From Eledone cirrhosa (lineage: Eukaryota), in the NCBI GenBank assembly GCA_964016885.1, contig OZ024745.1:133052001-133116000 (forward strand): a stretch of DNA of 64,000 bases, given 5' to 3'. Positions 13,743-27,017 of the stretch are shown in pieces; the first letter of the stretch is position 1, and each line of letters begins with the position of its first letter. The notes below the pieces were generated by a model. It saw only the letters and a program-made list of their open reading frames with translations. It did not search any database and was not told the DNA's origin. Made by a program: the position numbers and the translations under genes.

Positions 13743-15149
13743 CAATATAGATTAGTTTTATAAATAAATCTTGACATACCCTGAAAAAAGACAACCTTAA
13801 CGGTTGGAGCTTCCTGGATAGTGGAGATATTACATTTATTGAGGGTTATAGAGAGTTATGATAGAGTATGCAAATGAGTGTCCGAAGGTTTAAAAGATAA
13901 CGGTTTATATAAATTAAACTGTTGGAAGAAGGTGATATTGTGAGGGAGAGAGAAAAAAAACAAAGACAGAGAAAAAGAAGGAATGAATTATATATATTTT
14001 TTTGACAGTGGAAATAGTGTGAAGAGAGGAGAGCGTGATTATATTTAAGTGAGAGAAAATATTAGTTATAAAGAACAAATACAGCGTAAGTATGTTTACG
14101 TGAGAGGAAAGAAGAAGAAATGAAGAAATGAGGGTAGCGTGGAGGGATAATAAAGCAGGATTAGTTATGTTTTGATTATATTATTTATAATGATACGTTG
14201 AACAAATTTGATTAAATGTTTAATTAATAAATTTGATTAAAGGTTTAATTAATAATTTAATAATTAGTTTAAATGTGTATGTTAATATTATAAATTATTA
14301 AAAAATATATATTATATATTATTAAAAAATATATATTATATATATTTAAAAAATATATATTATATATTATTAAAATTTGTAAGTAGAAATTTATAAGTCA
14401 AAAATTTAAAATATCCAAATAATTCTAAATTTATGGAAACATTTCCTAGAGTTTACAAAAGAATAACCACTTATTTGTATATAATAACAGTAAAGTGTAA
14501 AGGAAGTTATAAGTGATTTATTAATAACTCAGATGACTCTAAGGATTAAATGCTATAAAGTTAAGAAGTTAAAAGGTTAAATTTCCTAGCCTAAGAATGT
14601 AATTAGAACATGAACCTTATGTTATTTTATAGGAAGTCATACATTTATAAATTTACTTGCTATAAAGTTAAAACATTTAAAAATTATAACATTTAAAAAA
14701 ATTATAACATTTAAAAAGACTCTTCATAAGAATATATTTAAAGCTTAAAGCACAAAAAAATGTTCATAAGAATGTATTTAAAGCATAAACCATAGGTTAC
14801 TCCACACATACACAGAAAAAGCCATATGTTTATCACATATATATTAGGATATATATATTAAAAACTTTGAAAAAATATAAGAATATAAGAATATAAAAAT
14901 ATAAAAATATAGTTTTTCTATATCCTTCAAAGTAATTTTCAAGAGATTTTATTAGACCCTTCAGTAAGTTTATCAAGAAAAATATTTTTCTTTAAAGGAG
15001 TTTCAAGCAGTCATATAAAGGAATTTAATGATCTATTTATAGGTGTAGTAATATATATGTGTGAAGTAGAGATAATAGAAAATAAGTTCAGTATATGAAT
15101 CATATATGGATATAGAAGACATTATGTAAAAGAGATAAGTTTTATATTA

Positions 15150-15820
15150 CATTTTATATATATATTTAAAAGTTGAACTTAACAATGTTTGCAAGAACTA
15201 AATAAATTATTCCTTAAATTAACAGAGTTCTTAATTTTTAGTATAAAGAATATTTCTTCGACACAAAGAGCGCAATTTTCACATAAAGCAGTGTATGAAG
15301 GAGCTTTGGAGATAATATTCCAAAGTAAAGAATAGTTAATGTTCTTTGATTTCAGTTTACATTTGTTTTTACATTATAATTGTATACTATATTTTTAACT
15401 AAACAATTATTATTTAGAGGACAGTTAGATCTATTTCTACAGTTACATGTATCTAAATTTAAATTACTGGGAGCCGTAAAATTATATTGGATATTGCAAG
15501 GGGTATTAATGGTATTCTATTATTAATTCTTTTAATATTCTGGGCTAAATTCATAGTGGTGGAATATGATAATTTGATTGTATGTCTATTAAATATTGAG
15601 TAATACCTGTGTTCTAGGAAAGCATTTATCTAGAGCTTTAAAGAATAATTTTGCAATAGGAGTTTTAATATTTAATGAGAAATGGGGAGCGAACCATAAT
15701 ATATTTCTAGCTCTATTCTGTTTTTTTGGTTTTCGAGTTAGCTATGTATGAAGGGTTGAGTCCTATTTTCGATGCCTAATTCCTGCATTATATAGGAAGC
15801 TTCCGTATTTAGTTTTTCAA
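15150..15820 (-). pseudogene. PLE thumb/linker and GIY-YIG fragments
   Basis: Minus strand translates RARNILWFAPHFSLNIKTPIAKLFFKALDKCFP..IFNRHTIKLSYS..CNCRNRSNCPLNNNCLVKNIVY. CxCx5C at 15421-15447 is the Naiad-type linker. A deletion then joins to KSKNINYSLLWNII..CALCVEE. Confidence 0.85.
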
Positions 15821-15927
15821 CCAGTGATGACCTTGAAAAACTATATACGGAAGCTTCTTATATAATGCAGGAATTAGGCATCGAAAATAGGACTCAGCCC
15901 TTCATACCTAGCTAACCAAAAATTAAT

Positions 15928-16410
15928 ATGAAGGACCATAAAACAAATTTTGAAATTGAATTAACAGTTAGATTGATTGCACCATCTAAATCGGACCATG
16001 GCATACTTAGCAAGAATACTTTAGACAGGATTATACCACAAATTAAGAAATTATCTTATTTAAAATTATGGAAAGGGACTAACGAAGTTATCGACTGGTT
16101 TAAGGACACAGAATTTAAGTCCCGTTTTAATAACCACAAATGTTCTTTTACGAATACTAGTAAAAAATCTTCAACTTCTCTATCTAACTTACTATGGGAC
16201 ATGAAATCAAAGAACATTAACTATTCTTTACTTTGGAATATTATCTCCAAAGCTCCTTCATACACTGCTTTATCCGAAAATTGCGCTCTTTGTGTCGAAG
16301 AAATATTCTTTATACTAAAAAGTAAGAACTCTGTTAATTTAAGGAATAATTTATTTAGTTCTTGCAAACATCAATTAGATTCAACTTTTAAATATATATA
16401 TAAAATGTAA
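15928..16410 (+). pseudogene. In-frame fusion of PLE RT N-terminus and GIY-YIG C-terminal half
   Basis: KDHKTNF..RLIAPSKS..SK..LDRI..WKGTNEVIDWFK joined to FKSRFNNH..STSLS..W..K..Y..W..CALC.EE..N.R..SSCKH. Confidence 0.85.
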
Positions 16411-17659
16411 TATAAAACTTATCTCTTTTACATAATGTCTTCTATATCCATATATGATTCATATACTTAACTTATTTTCTATTATCTCTACTTCACACAT
16501 ACATATTACTACACCTATCGATAGATCATTAAATTCCTTCATATGACTGCTTGAAACTCCTTTAAAGAAAACATTTTTTCTTGATAAACTTACTGAAGGG
16601 TTTAAGAAAATCTCTTGAAAATTACTTTGAAGGATATAGAAAAACTATATTTTTATATTTTTATATTTTTATATTCTTATATTTTTTCAAAGTTTTTAAT
16701 ATATATATACCAATATTTATATATATGTGATAAACATATGGGTTTTTTCTGTGTATGTGTGGAGTAACCTATGGTTTATGCTTTAAATATATTCTTATGA
16801 AAAAATATTTTGTGCTTTAAGCTTTAAATATATTCTTATGAAGAGTCTTTTTAAATGTTATAATTTTTTTTAATGTTATAATTTTTAAATGTTTTAACTT
16901 TATAGCAAGTAAATTTATAAATGTATGACATCCTATAAAATAACATAAGGTTCATGTTCTAATTACATTCTTAGGATAGGAAATTTAACCTTTTAACTTC
17001 TTAACTTTATAGCATTTAATCCTTAGAGTCATCTGAGTTATTAATAAATCACTTATAACTTCCTTTACACTTTACTATTATTATATACAAATAAGTGGTT
17101 ATTCTTTTGTAAACTCTCGAAAATTTTCCAATAAATTTAGAATTATTTGGATATTTTAAATGTTTGACTTATAAATTTTTGACTTACAAATTTTAATAAT
17201 ATATAATATATATTTTTTAAATATATATAATATATATTTTTTAATAATTTATAATCCTTAACATACACATTTAAACTAATTATTAAATTATTTATTAAAC
17301 CTTTAATCAAATTTTTTCAGCCTATCATTATAAATAATGTAATCAAATATATAACGAATCCCGCTTTATTATCCCTCCACGCTATCCTCATTTCTTCGTT
17401 TCTTCTTCCTTCCTCTCACGTAAACATACTTAGGCTGTATTTGTCCTTTATAACTAATATTTTCTCTCACTTAAATATAATCACGCGCTCCTCTCTCCAC
17501 ACTATTTCCACTGTCAAAAAAATATATATAATCATTCCTTCTTTTTCTCTTTCATTCTTTTTTTCTCTCTCCCTCACAATATCACCAGGAAGTTCCAACC
17601 ATTAAGGTTGTCTTTTTTAAGGGTATGTCAATATTTATTTATAAAACTAATCTATATTG

Positions 17660-17725
17660 TATTTTATCTGATGAAAGCGCACCATAATTTGCCTTGGTGG
17701 CCCTTGAAATATGTTCAATAAAATA
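17660..17725 (+). ncRNA. Hammerhead ribozyme copy with mutated stem III/cleavage site
   Basis: CTGATGA (17668) and GAAA (17706) are intact and stem I is perfect, but TATGTT-CA replaces TATCTA-TA. Confidence 0.65.
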
Positions 17726-17944
17726 AATATGGTTTTATAAATATAGTTTCCATTTGTTAATATATTGTATATTTACTCCTCTAAACTGTTGAGTGCTTTA
17801 TATCAGTTATAAAAATGTTTCAGCTTGTTGAATCCTAACAAATTAAATATAACCTCTGCATATATATATATATATATATAAAAGAAAATTTCGCTCTACA
17901 TGGCTGAATACAATAAATGTAATCTGAGATTTTTTAATATTAAT

Positions 17945-18112
17945 AATTGTATCTACGTTAGGCACAAGGCCAGCAATTACCCAGTGCATTACTGGTACTT
18001 TATTTTATCGACCCCGTAAGGATGAAAGGCAAAGTTAACCTCGGCGGGATTTGAACTCAGAATGGCAAGGGCCGTAACTCTATACGTCAAAGCATGGCGA
18101 TACTGCCAATAT
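17945..18112 (-). mobile_element. tRNA-derived SINE (octopod-type)
   Basis: Reverse complement of 19989-20171 with a small internal deletion. Confidence 0.9.
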
Positions 18113-18628
18113 TAATAATGATATTCGATTCGTTTGCAATTATGCATACAAGCCTCAAATATAGAGCCATATCAGTAGAATGAACCCTTCATTCTTGCTC
18201 TTGTGTCGGCATAGGAACAGAAATGGATCTGCTAATATGCAAATCTGACTGATCAGCCAGTGTGCTAATATGCATATCAGGCTGATCAGTCACTGTATAT
18301 TTTTGAAAAAAACAAGATGGCAGAACAAAGGAGAGAACAAAGGAGGGGCAGAAAAACAAAGAAAAGAATCCCCAGTCACTCAAGAGGTCACATAAAGTGT
18401 GACGAAAGAACTTTGACAATATGTGAACAATCATCTGATTGTGGAACCAACCAACCAACCGGAAATTTATAAATTCCTAAATTTATAAATTTAATTTAAA
18501 ATAAATTGAAGTGAAAGCAACTGGTGCGTGTGTTTCTTATTGGCAAACATCACCCTCGCAAAGTATAACAATATCGGTTTCAACACACGTTTTCAGATAA
18601 AGAATGTTGCTAAACAAATTCAGAAAGG

Positions 18629-18761
<133 letters not shown>

Positions 18762-19988
18762 CATATATTTATATACATGATTCGTAGACAGATGCGATTA
18801 ATCTGTGTGTCACTCATTAACACCTGCACTGTTATATATAGACATTTGCAGATAGTACTTACCCCGAGATATTTTCTATAGTTTAATTCAATAATTCATA
18901 AATATTTTATTTTACCCTCTCTCTGTTTTTTTTTTTTTTAATGTAATATACAAATTCAGTTCCACTTAAATAATTACAAATAGATTCAATAGCCTTTGAT
19001 TTTCTCGTTTCAGAATAAATAAGTTTTAAAAACAAATTTGTCTAGCTTGTGACTGAAAAACACCTTCATATTAAATATATGGTACATATCTTGAAATAAT
19101 ATTCATCGATGCTTTGTACGTTTTCCCATCATGGATTTAATACAAATGATTTCGCAAACCCTATAAAGTTGAAGCGAGAATTATTGTAACGAGTTATAAA
19201 AAGCAGAATGTTATTTTATTTAAAAGTACATTTCTTTCTTTCCATTATATTTACAAGCTAATGCACTAAACAACTCTGGGTGTTCAAACACAATTATAAG
19301 AGAGTAAATACTCATTCTACATTTTGTGATGTGTGCAATTGCGAAAAGAACTTTGTATTGAAATTTGTGATTCTTTTGATGCAGCGCAATAACAGAGCCG
19401 CTAGTAAAAACATCTAGACGGCAAGTCAGAGAGATAGAACAAAAAATGTCGAATAAATCGATATTGAATGAAGGAAGATTTCAAAGAGAATTCTTTTTTT
19501 TTTTGCTGTTATACTTGAAGACGACAGGGAAATGTTGTGCATACATGCTGCAACAGCTGCGGCATATTTATTGTTCATTTCACAATTGTTATTGTGTCGG
19601 TTGCTATTGCTGCTTGTGGCAACCATTCTATGTAAATAATACTATCGTAGTTAATGATGATGTTCATTGATGAGTAACTTCAGTTGTCTTTGCTTCAACA
19701 ACTTTAATAATGGGTGACAGAGAAATATATTATATTAGTGTGTATATTTGTGGCATGAATATTCGAAGTTTAACATTTGAGCGATAATATATATAGTACT
19801 CCGAAACTTCATGAAAACTCAATATTTTTATAATAGTATGTTTCCACTTATTCCATATATAATAATATCTCTGATGTGATTCATTTGTTAGTAGCAATAG
19901 TATCCGGCCCCCAGTAAAATCCTCAGTATCACTTCTTAGACCTGATTCAGAAATTGATGATAATTGACTCGCGTTATCTCTATCAACA

Positions 19989-20171
19989 GCGATGGATTGG
20001 CAGTATCGGTAGAGGGTCGGACGCCATGCTTTCCAGCATAGTTACGTCCCTTTACGATCTGAGTTCAAATCCCGCCGAGGTTGACTTTGCCTTTCATCCT
20101 TACGGGGTCGATAAAATAAAGTACCAGTAATGCACTGGGTAATTGCTGGCCTTGTGCCTAAAGTAGAAACA
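19989..20171 (+). mobile_element. Full-length tRNA-derived SINE with 16-bp TSD
   Basis: A-box-like TGGCAGTATCGG and B-box GAGTTCAAATCC. TSD GTTATCTCTATCAACA at 19973-19988 and 20172-20187. Confidence 0.93.
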
Positions 20172-20829
20172 GTTATCTCTATCAACATCTATCTTTCTAT
20201 ATATATATCTATCAGGTTATATGTGTTTCCCTAAACATTTACGTCATATACCACAGAGAGGTGTGAAATAGCTGTCAGTTAAAAACATTGAACATAATTT
20301 CTCCGTTACCTATGCCTGTTTATATTATGGCAATATTCTGCATAGAATGATGTTGTTATAGCTAACATACGTATGATTGTAAATTACATTTATACAGACA
20401 CAATACACCACTTAATCTTATTACTTGACTGGTATTGTTACATCGTCCCTTGAATCTAAGTCGACTATGAATCGACTTAAAAATATGAACATTAAGAGAA
20501 CGAAACATAAAGTAGTTTGTTCAACCATCCAAATGTCCCATTAAACCGTTACCTTTATATAAAGCAGAATAGGTGTGCTGCGTGGTGGGCGACAAATTTA
20601 ACATGCTTCTCAGCTGGTTCTCGTGTGACTTAAGGCGTTTACAATCAGGTGCAGCCTTCCAAAATTGAAATCCATGAATCTCGTTTATTTTGTTGTAGGG
20701 ATAACAATCTACAGGTATTGATTTTCAGCAATAAATCTAACCTATCCGGGTGGGTCACAAAATTGACACAAGTAGAACTGTTCTTTGATAAAATGATATA
20801 TTTAAAATGTCTCATTATATCCAACACTA

Positions 20830-21208
20830 CGACACTAAAGAACCCACTGTACGAATAAGAAATGTGTTATATGCAGAATGAACCCCCAGATAAATTGTAA
20901 AACTAGAAATGTAGTCTATAACATCAGTTATACAGAGGGTACTTGCTTAAACATGACAACGACATATATAGGTGAGACAGCTCGAAATATAGGAGAACGA
21001 CTACACAAACACGAGGGAGGAACTAAAAGGACAAAAAGACAGTTCGGTATTATATGAACACGCCAGACAAATTCATGATGGTAATATAGACAACATAGAA
21101 ACTGAAATAATATCTAAACATAGAAATGACTCAACAGAGGGGCAAATCAAAGAAGCAACTGAAATAGAACTAATAAAACCAAAGTTGAACAGAATAAATG
21201 ATTGGAAT
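20830..21208 (+). mobile_element. PLE GIY-YIG endonuclease fragment (second PLE lineage)
   Basis: CTNKKCVIC..CKTRNVVYNI..TYIGETARNIGERLHKH, a frameshift, then SVLYEH..H..QIKEATEIELIKPKLN. Confidence 0.85.
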
Positions 21209-21588
21209 AACAACAACAACAACCACACCCAAACAAACAATACTGACCTAAGGTAAATATAAATAAATAAATATACACAACTAGAATAACAACAACCACA
21301 CATAAACACACACTAGTGAACAAAGATTGAATACAAACACATAGACTCTGACACGAATACACACATCAAACAGAAAACACACACGCAAACGCATGCGCAG
21401 AGACAGAGACAAGAATAAATAAATAAATAAATAAAATTTAAAAAATAACCTAGACATAAGAATTCAACGGGAGGAAACATAATAGTACCACTAATGAAAG
21501 AACTTTGCTATACTATATATGTGTGTTTATGTCTGTATTTTTAACTGTTGGTCAATCAATGGTAAACATTGATTGCCAGATAAATTAA

Positions 21589-21740
21589 CAGGAAGACCAA
21601 GGTTAACTTATGTTGATGCCCTAAGGACAGACACTGGTCTGTTGGAGGCGCAGGACATGGCAGCGATAATGAGGGACAGAGACCGCTGAAGAGAACTCGT
21701 CCATGGATCTCGGGAATTTTACCCGCCCTAGAATAGAATA
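21589..21740 (+). mobile_element. RTE-like LINE 3' end
   Basis: Near-identical to 56540-56681. GRPRLTYVDALRTDTG, with a (TAGAA) tail. Confidence 0.8.
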
Positions 21741-21927
21741 TATATATAATTAGAGACATTAGCAACATTCATTGTATGTGAAATACATTATATCTACATT
21801 TTTCTAAATGCATTGTCCGTGTATTACAAATATGAAACTAAGCATTTTCTTCAACTGTCTGTATCTGTCTTTTTATATATATATACATATATATTTTTTT
21901 TTATGTGTGTGTGTGGGGGTATGAGTT

Positions 21928-21978
<51 letters not shown>

Positions 21979-23024
21979 TTACAGGGCGAGAAATAAACTC
22001 AGAGCAAACGAAGGAGACTAATGGAAAAAGAGACAGTAATAATGTTAAAATTGATAAATGTAGGAAACCATGGAATCCTTGACAATTCAATAAAAATTAT
22101 AAAAACACCATAGATGCTAAAGCGTTATGTTACATATTTTCCTATTCGTGTATTATAGTGCGGTACGTCTAGCTGCGCATGTCCACTTTCCATTATGTTA
22201 GAAGTAAAGTCATAAATAAATTCTATTTTGTCCATACACGCATATTTATAGCATTACCAATATATTCATACGAAAAACAATGCAAATTGACAAGAACATC
22301 CTTTAAATGTATCTTAGTTCTTTCCTTAAATGGCAGATGTTTCCTATCCTGATGTCACATTGCATGGGGATGAACATTTGGATTTCAACTACAGTAAAGT
22401 GCGAAACCTACGCAAAGACAATTATAGTTTTTAGTTTGACATATTGTATGAAGGAAATATAAACAGATCTGGGTTAAATATAGATGACTCTGGCAGCATG
22501 GTAAACGGGGAATACAAGAATCACCAAATACATAGGTCTGATGATATGTGAACTAACCGTCCTCGATACTTATTAATGGGTGCAACTCCAGTACCGACCC
22601 GCCTGTACATCCGTGAGGAATGGATTTTTGAGTTAGTTACTGTAGCCAGAAATATCTTGGAGAAGGGAGTATCCTTCCTACTATGTTCAGAGGAACGTCT
22701 CTATCATCTACATATCTCCCAAAGGCAATCGAGTATACCAATGAGATGAAAACCTTGACAATACAGTGAAGTTAAACACATTATCAGGAAAGAATTACAA
22801 ACGCATAAACCTGAATTATCTTTCAAATTGTGTAGTTTATTTCACCTGTAACTGTGTCGGCCGTTTTACAATAACTTCCATTAACTCGGCCGGTCACGGG
22901 GATCTAGCCGGATCAATTGGAAACGATACGACTACTGGAAGGACTGTTTGTAGACATCCGCCAGAATCTTCTCATGAATAAGAGAGTGAAACAGAAGAAA
23001 AGAATATACATACATCCCACCCTC

Positions 23025-23059
<35 letters not shown>

Positions 23060-23066
<7 letters not shown>

Positions 23067-23265
23067 AACAAAGTGTGGTTTACATTAAGTTCTTTATTGA
23101 ATATACATAATTACGACCGTTTCACACATGCGTGATTCAGGATCTATATTAATGCTACAGCCACACTTCAGCCCGATCTGCTCTTCAGAGCGGATAACTG
23201 TGAAACGCCGGTAAGTATGTATAAGCAGTAGAGACCTTAATGTGAAACCTCGCTTTGTTTTCAAT
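23060..23265. mobile_element. Old, degenerate PLE-end fold-back
   Basis: 23060-23127 and 23199-23265 are diverged inverted copies (TGTGAAACG..GTAA.TATGTATA..CTTAATGT..CTTTGTTTT.AAT) with (TA)n flanks. Confidence 0.65.
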
Positions 23266-23322
23266 ATATATATATATCACATAAGAAACGGAGAATCAGT
23301 GGTGCGACGAATAAAATGTATT

Positions 23323-23428
23323 AGACATATTACAGTCGTTTCTCTGGCACGATCGATGCAATGATCGGGGCACGATCGATGCAATGATCGAACCTGACTC
23401 TGAAATCGCAAGGTCCTCAGATACGTCT
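23323..23428 (-). ncRNA. Hammerhead ribozyme with extended stem II containing a ~22-nt tandem duplication
   Basis: Minus strand reads AGACGTAT-CTGAGGA-CCTTGCG...TGCCAGA-GAAA-CGACTG-TA^ATATGTCT. 8-bp stem I with one G-U pair. Confidence 0.75.
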
Positions 23429-23492
23429 CCATTCTTCGAAGCAGAGTTTCCAAAGGAAAAACAATAAGTATGTGGTTACATGATATTTATAT

Positions 23493-23663
<171 letters not shown>

Positions 23664-24189
23664 AATATCATGTCATCACATAATTAATGTCTTTCCTTTC
23701 AATGTGCCTTTTAAATAACTTCCCAGCATGTCTAAACAATTGTTTTCATTCGCTGTATAAATATATATTGCGGAGAACGGAAAGCTTCAAATAGATGGTT
23801 TCCTGTTTGCAGCCAAATAAGTTTTAATTTGTTGTTTTAATAATCCTTCATAATAATGAAATGATATGAGCGCACATCAAACATATCATGCTTTACGAGT
23901 TCAAAAGTGGAAATAGTGCTACGAATACTGTAAATAAATCAGTGAAAAGTGTATGGTGAAGGAGATTTGAATATTCGTAAGATAGTTCAATATATTTCGA
24001 CAAAGGGACTTTGATTCCAAGATGGTCACCAATCTGAGATCTCTGTCCTTTTTGGATATATTACGCTGAACGATGCAATGGAAACAAAATCCCCATAAAG
24101 ATGTTAGTAGACGATTATATGTAACATAAACCATCCATTGCTATTTACAGGGGCTAGCAATAGTGTCTAATGTATATGAACTGAGTTAA

Positions 24190-24800
24190 CATAATTGAGA
24201 GAAACGCGTCAGCTTCTGCGATGTCCTTGTAAGTGTAAATATAAGTTTTTGAACTTTTTAGTAACCGGTGGTGAAATGTAGTCAACCTATACGTGAAACG
24301 CCGATAGCAGTGGGTTCAATCATAACAAAAAGCAAAGCCTCATCCAAATCAAAAATCTTCATCCTCCGAAAGTCTTGTTAAGATTTTTTCTGTGATACAC
24401 TTTGAAACAATGCCATGATACCAGACGATCACATCTCAAATGAACCGCGAAAAATGCCAGACATGCAGACGGTACTTTCTAGTCAATCGACAAAGAATTA
24501 TCATGGCAATTTCCTACCTCATAATGTAAGAATTACACGTTCGAAGATTCATGACCTTGGCTGAGAAAGGCCGCCACATCCTCCATAATCTCCTTTTCAT
24601 TAATGCAAAATAGCACAATTCATTAGAGGCACTTGAAATGAACTTACGTAATGTTTTCTGGGTTTTAGAGGAATGGCATAAGCAACATTTTACAGCATTG
24701 GTAAAATATCATTTATTTAGACGAGGAATATATATTTCATTAAATCATTGCGAAACATTTGTTTTGTATCTCTTCAAACCCTACAACTAAAAACTAAATT
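24190..24800 (+). mobile_element. Highly degenerate mariner transposase relic
   Basis: Remnants of VTGDEKW (~24261) and PHPPYSP (CCACATCCTCCATAATCTCC, ~24575). Confidence 0.55.
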
Positions 24801-25926
24801 GATTTCGTGATCTGATCCATATGTAGAGAAGGTGCAAAATAAAGAGAGTGTGCAACGAACATACAGTTTGCTAATTGGATGAAAATAGCACGGCCAACAA
24901 GACAAACGTTTAATGATCTAATTTCAACGATATCATTAACTACTCATGCTTATATTGGATCAGTATTCTATATTCCTGTTAAAATAGAAACATTTTTAAT
25001 GTTATTCTAAGCAGATTAATGATTATTTTTACTTGTATGTTATTTTTTTTTCATTTTTTTCTTTAAATGTTACCTAATATTTTGCTAACCTCTCCCCTCG
25101 GCAACTTCACCTCTCTTTTCATTTCAACAATTACCTTCATTTCTTCAGTTTTTATTCAGGATATGATTGATTTTCAATTCATTTGCAATTTTGAGAAATA
25201 TAAAATATTTAAACACAAAACATATACGTAAGAAAACTACTTTACCAAGTATAGCTGGAAGGTGTCAATTAGTGACTTAGCGGGAAATAAACAAACTAAT
25301 TAAACAAAGGAAGAAGAATTTCTTTATTTAAGTAAAAGTGGGCCCTAAAGAAAGTTTGCAAATATTGACGTAGACATAAATTTCAGTTCGAATTTCACTT
25401 TTTTTTATATTGTTTTATTCAATGCAGAATGTCTTTTATTTTGTAGGAGAGTTCTATTCTTCATAGAATTGCATTTTACTTTTTATAATTAAATTACATG
25501 TGAAACAACATATACAATCTCATATAATATATATATATATATATAATATATAATATATATATAATATATATATATATAATATATATATATATAATATATA
25601 TAATATATATATATATAATATATATATATATATAATATTATATATATATATATATATAATATATATATAATATTATATATATATATATTATTTATATATA
25701 TTATATATATATATATATATATTATATATATTATATATATATATTATATATATATATTATATATATATATATTATATATATTATATATATATATAAATAT
25801 ATATATATATATTATATATATTATATATATATATTTATATATATATAATATATATAATATATATATATAATATATATATATATATATGATATATATAATA
25901 TATATATATATATATATAATATATAA

Positions 25927-25995
<69 letters not shown>

Positions 25996-26701
25996 GTATA
26001 TATATACACATGTATATACACACACATATATATATAGAGAGAGAGATATATATATAGAGAGAGAGAGATATATAGAGAGAGATAGAGAGAGGGTCAGAGA
26101 CAGAGAGAGAGAGAAACAGAGTGAGAGAGACACGGAAAAAAATCGGTTAGATAACCACAATACCACTATATCATTTTATATAATTACACACAAGCACACT
26201 CGTACACACACACATACACTCATTCACTCATAAATATATGAATATATGAATGACTGTATATTATTTTGTCAGTGCTGTTCCGGGTATATCCTCGGGTATT
26301 TAGAAAACACAATTTTATTTTCTGAGTCGTTTATTAGTTTCAATTTATTTTTTGCAGTCCGTCTGTTTCTCTTCATATTTTATACAACTCTCCAGGTTGA
26401 TGGAAGTTTTTTACACTTACACCGAATAGATACGGTTGCATCTTAAGGGTAGCCAATGAGCGGATATATATATTTATATTGTTGTATTAATATTGCCAGA
26501 AATAATAACAAAACACACTGTTTGGTTGGTTTTCGTTTCTGTATCTTTTATATCTCCCTTGTTAATTAATTTGGCAATCAATGTTTATCATTGATTGACC
26601 AACAGGTAAAATTACAGATATAAATATATATATATATAGTCTATCAAAATATGGACGCACAGGACAAAGTCAATGGAAAAACAACGGAACGACATACAGT
26701 C

Positions 26702-27017
<316 letters not shown>

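Larger units (their letters stand above)
13630..17860. mobile_element. Palindromic (inverted dimer) Naiad-type Penelope-like retroelement, RT core deleted
   Basis: Arms ~13630-15820 (minus) and 15833-17772 (plus) with a 12-nt loop. ~90-nt tail on the right arm only. Hammerheads near both outer ends, (TA)n flanks, PLE protein motifs. Confidence 0.92.

Noticed and set aside
14150-15150. Mitochondrial control-region insertion (extreme AT content)
   Set aside because: It is the mirrored 3' UTR of the PLE, lying between the endonuclease stop and the ribozyme. No mitochondrial genes are seen.
15421-15447. Selenocysteine-recoding Naiad
   Set aside because: The linker cysteines are ordinary TGT codons, with no in-frame TGA at the conserved Cys positions visible.
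18225-18300. 33-bp tandem duplication (also a ~30-bp one at 48922-48981)
   Set aside because: Two-copy local duplications with no further structure; ordinary slippage products.
19989-20080. tRNA gene
   Set aside because: The A/B boxes belong to the head of a multi-copy SINE with TSDs, and there is no complete cloverleaf.
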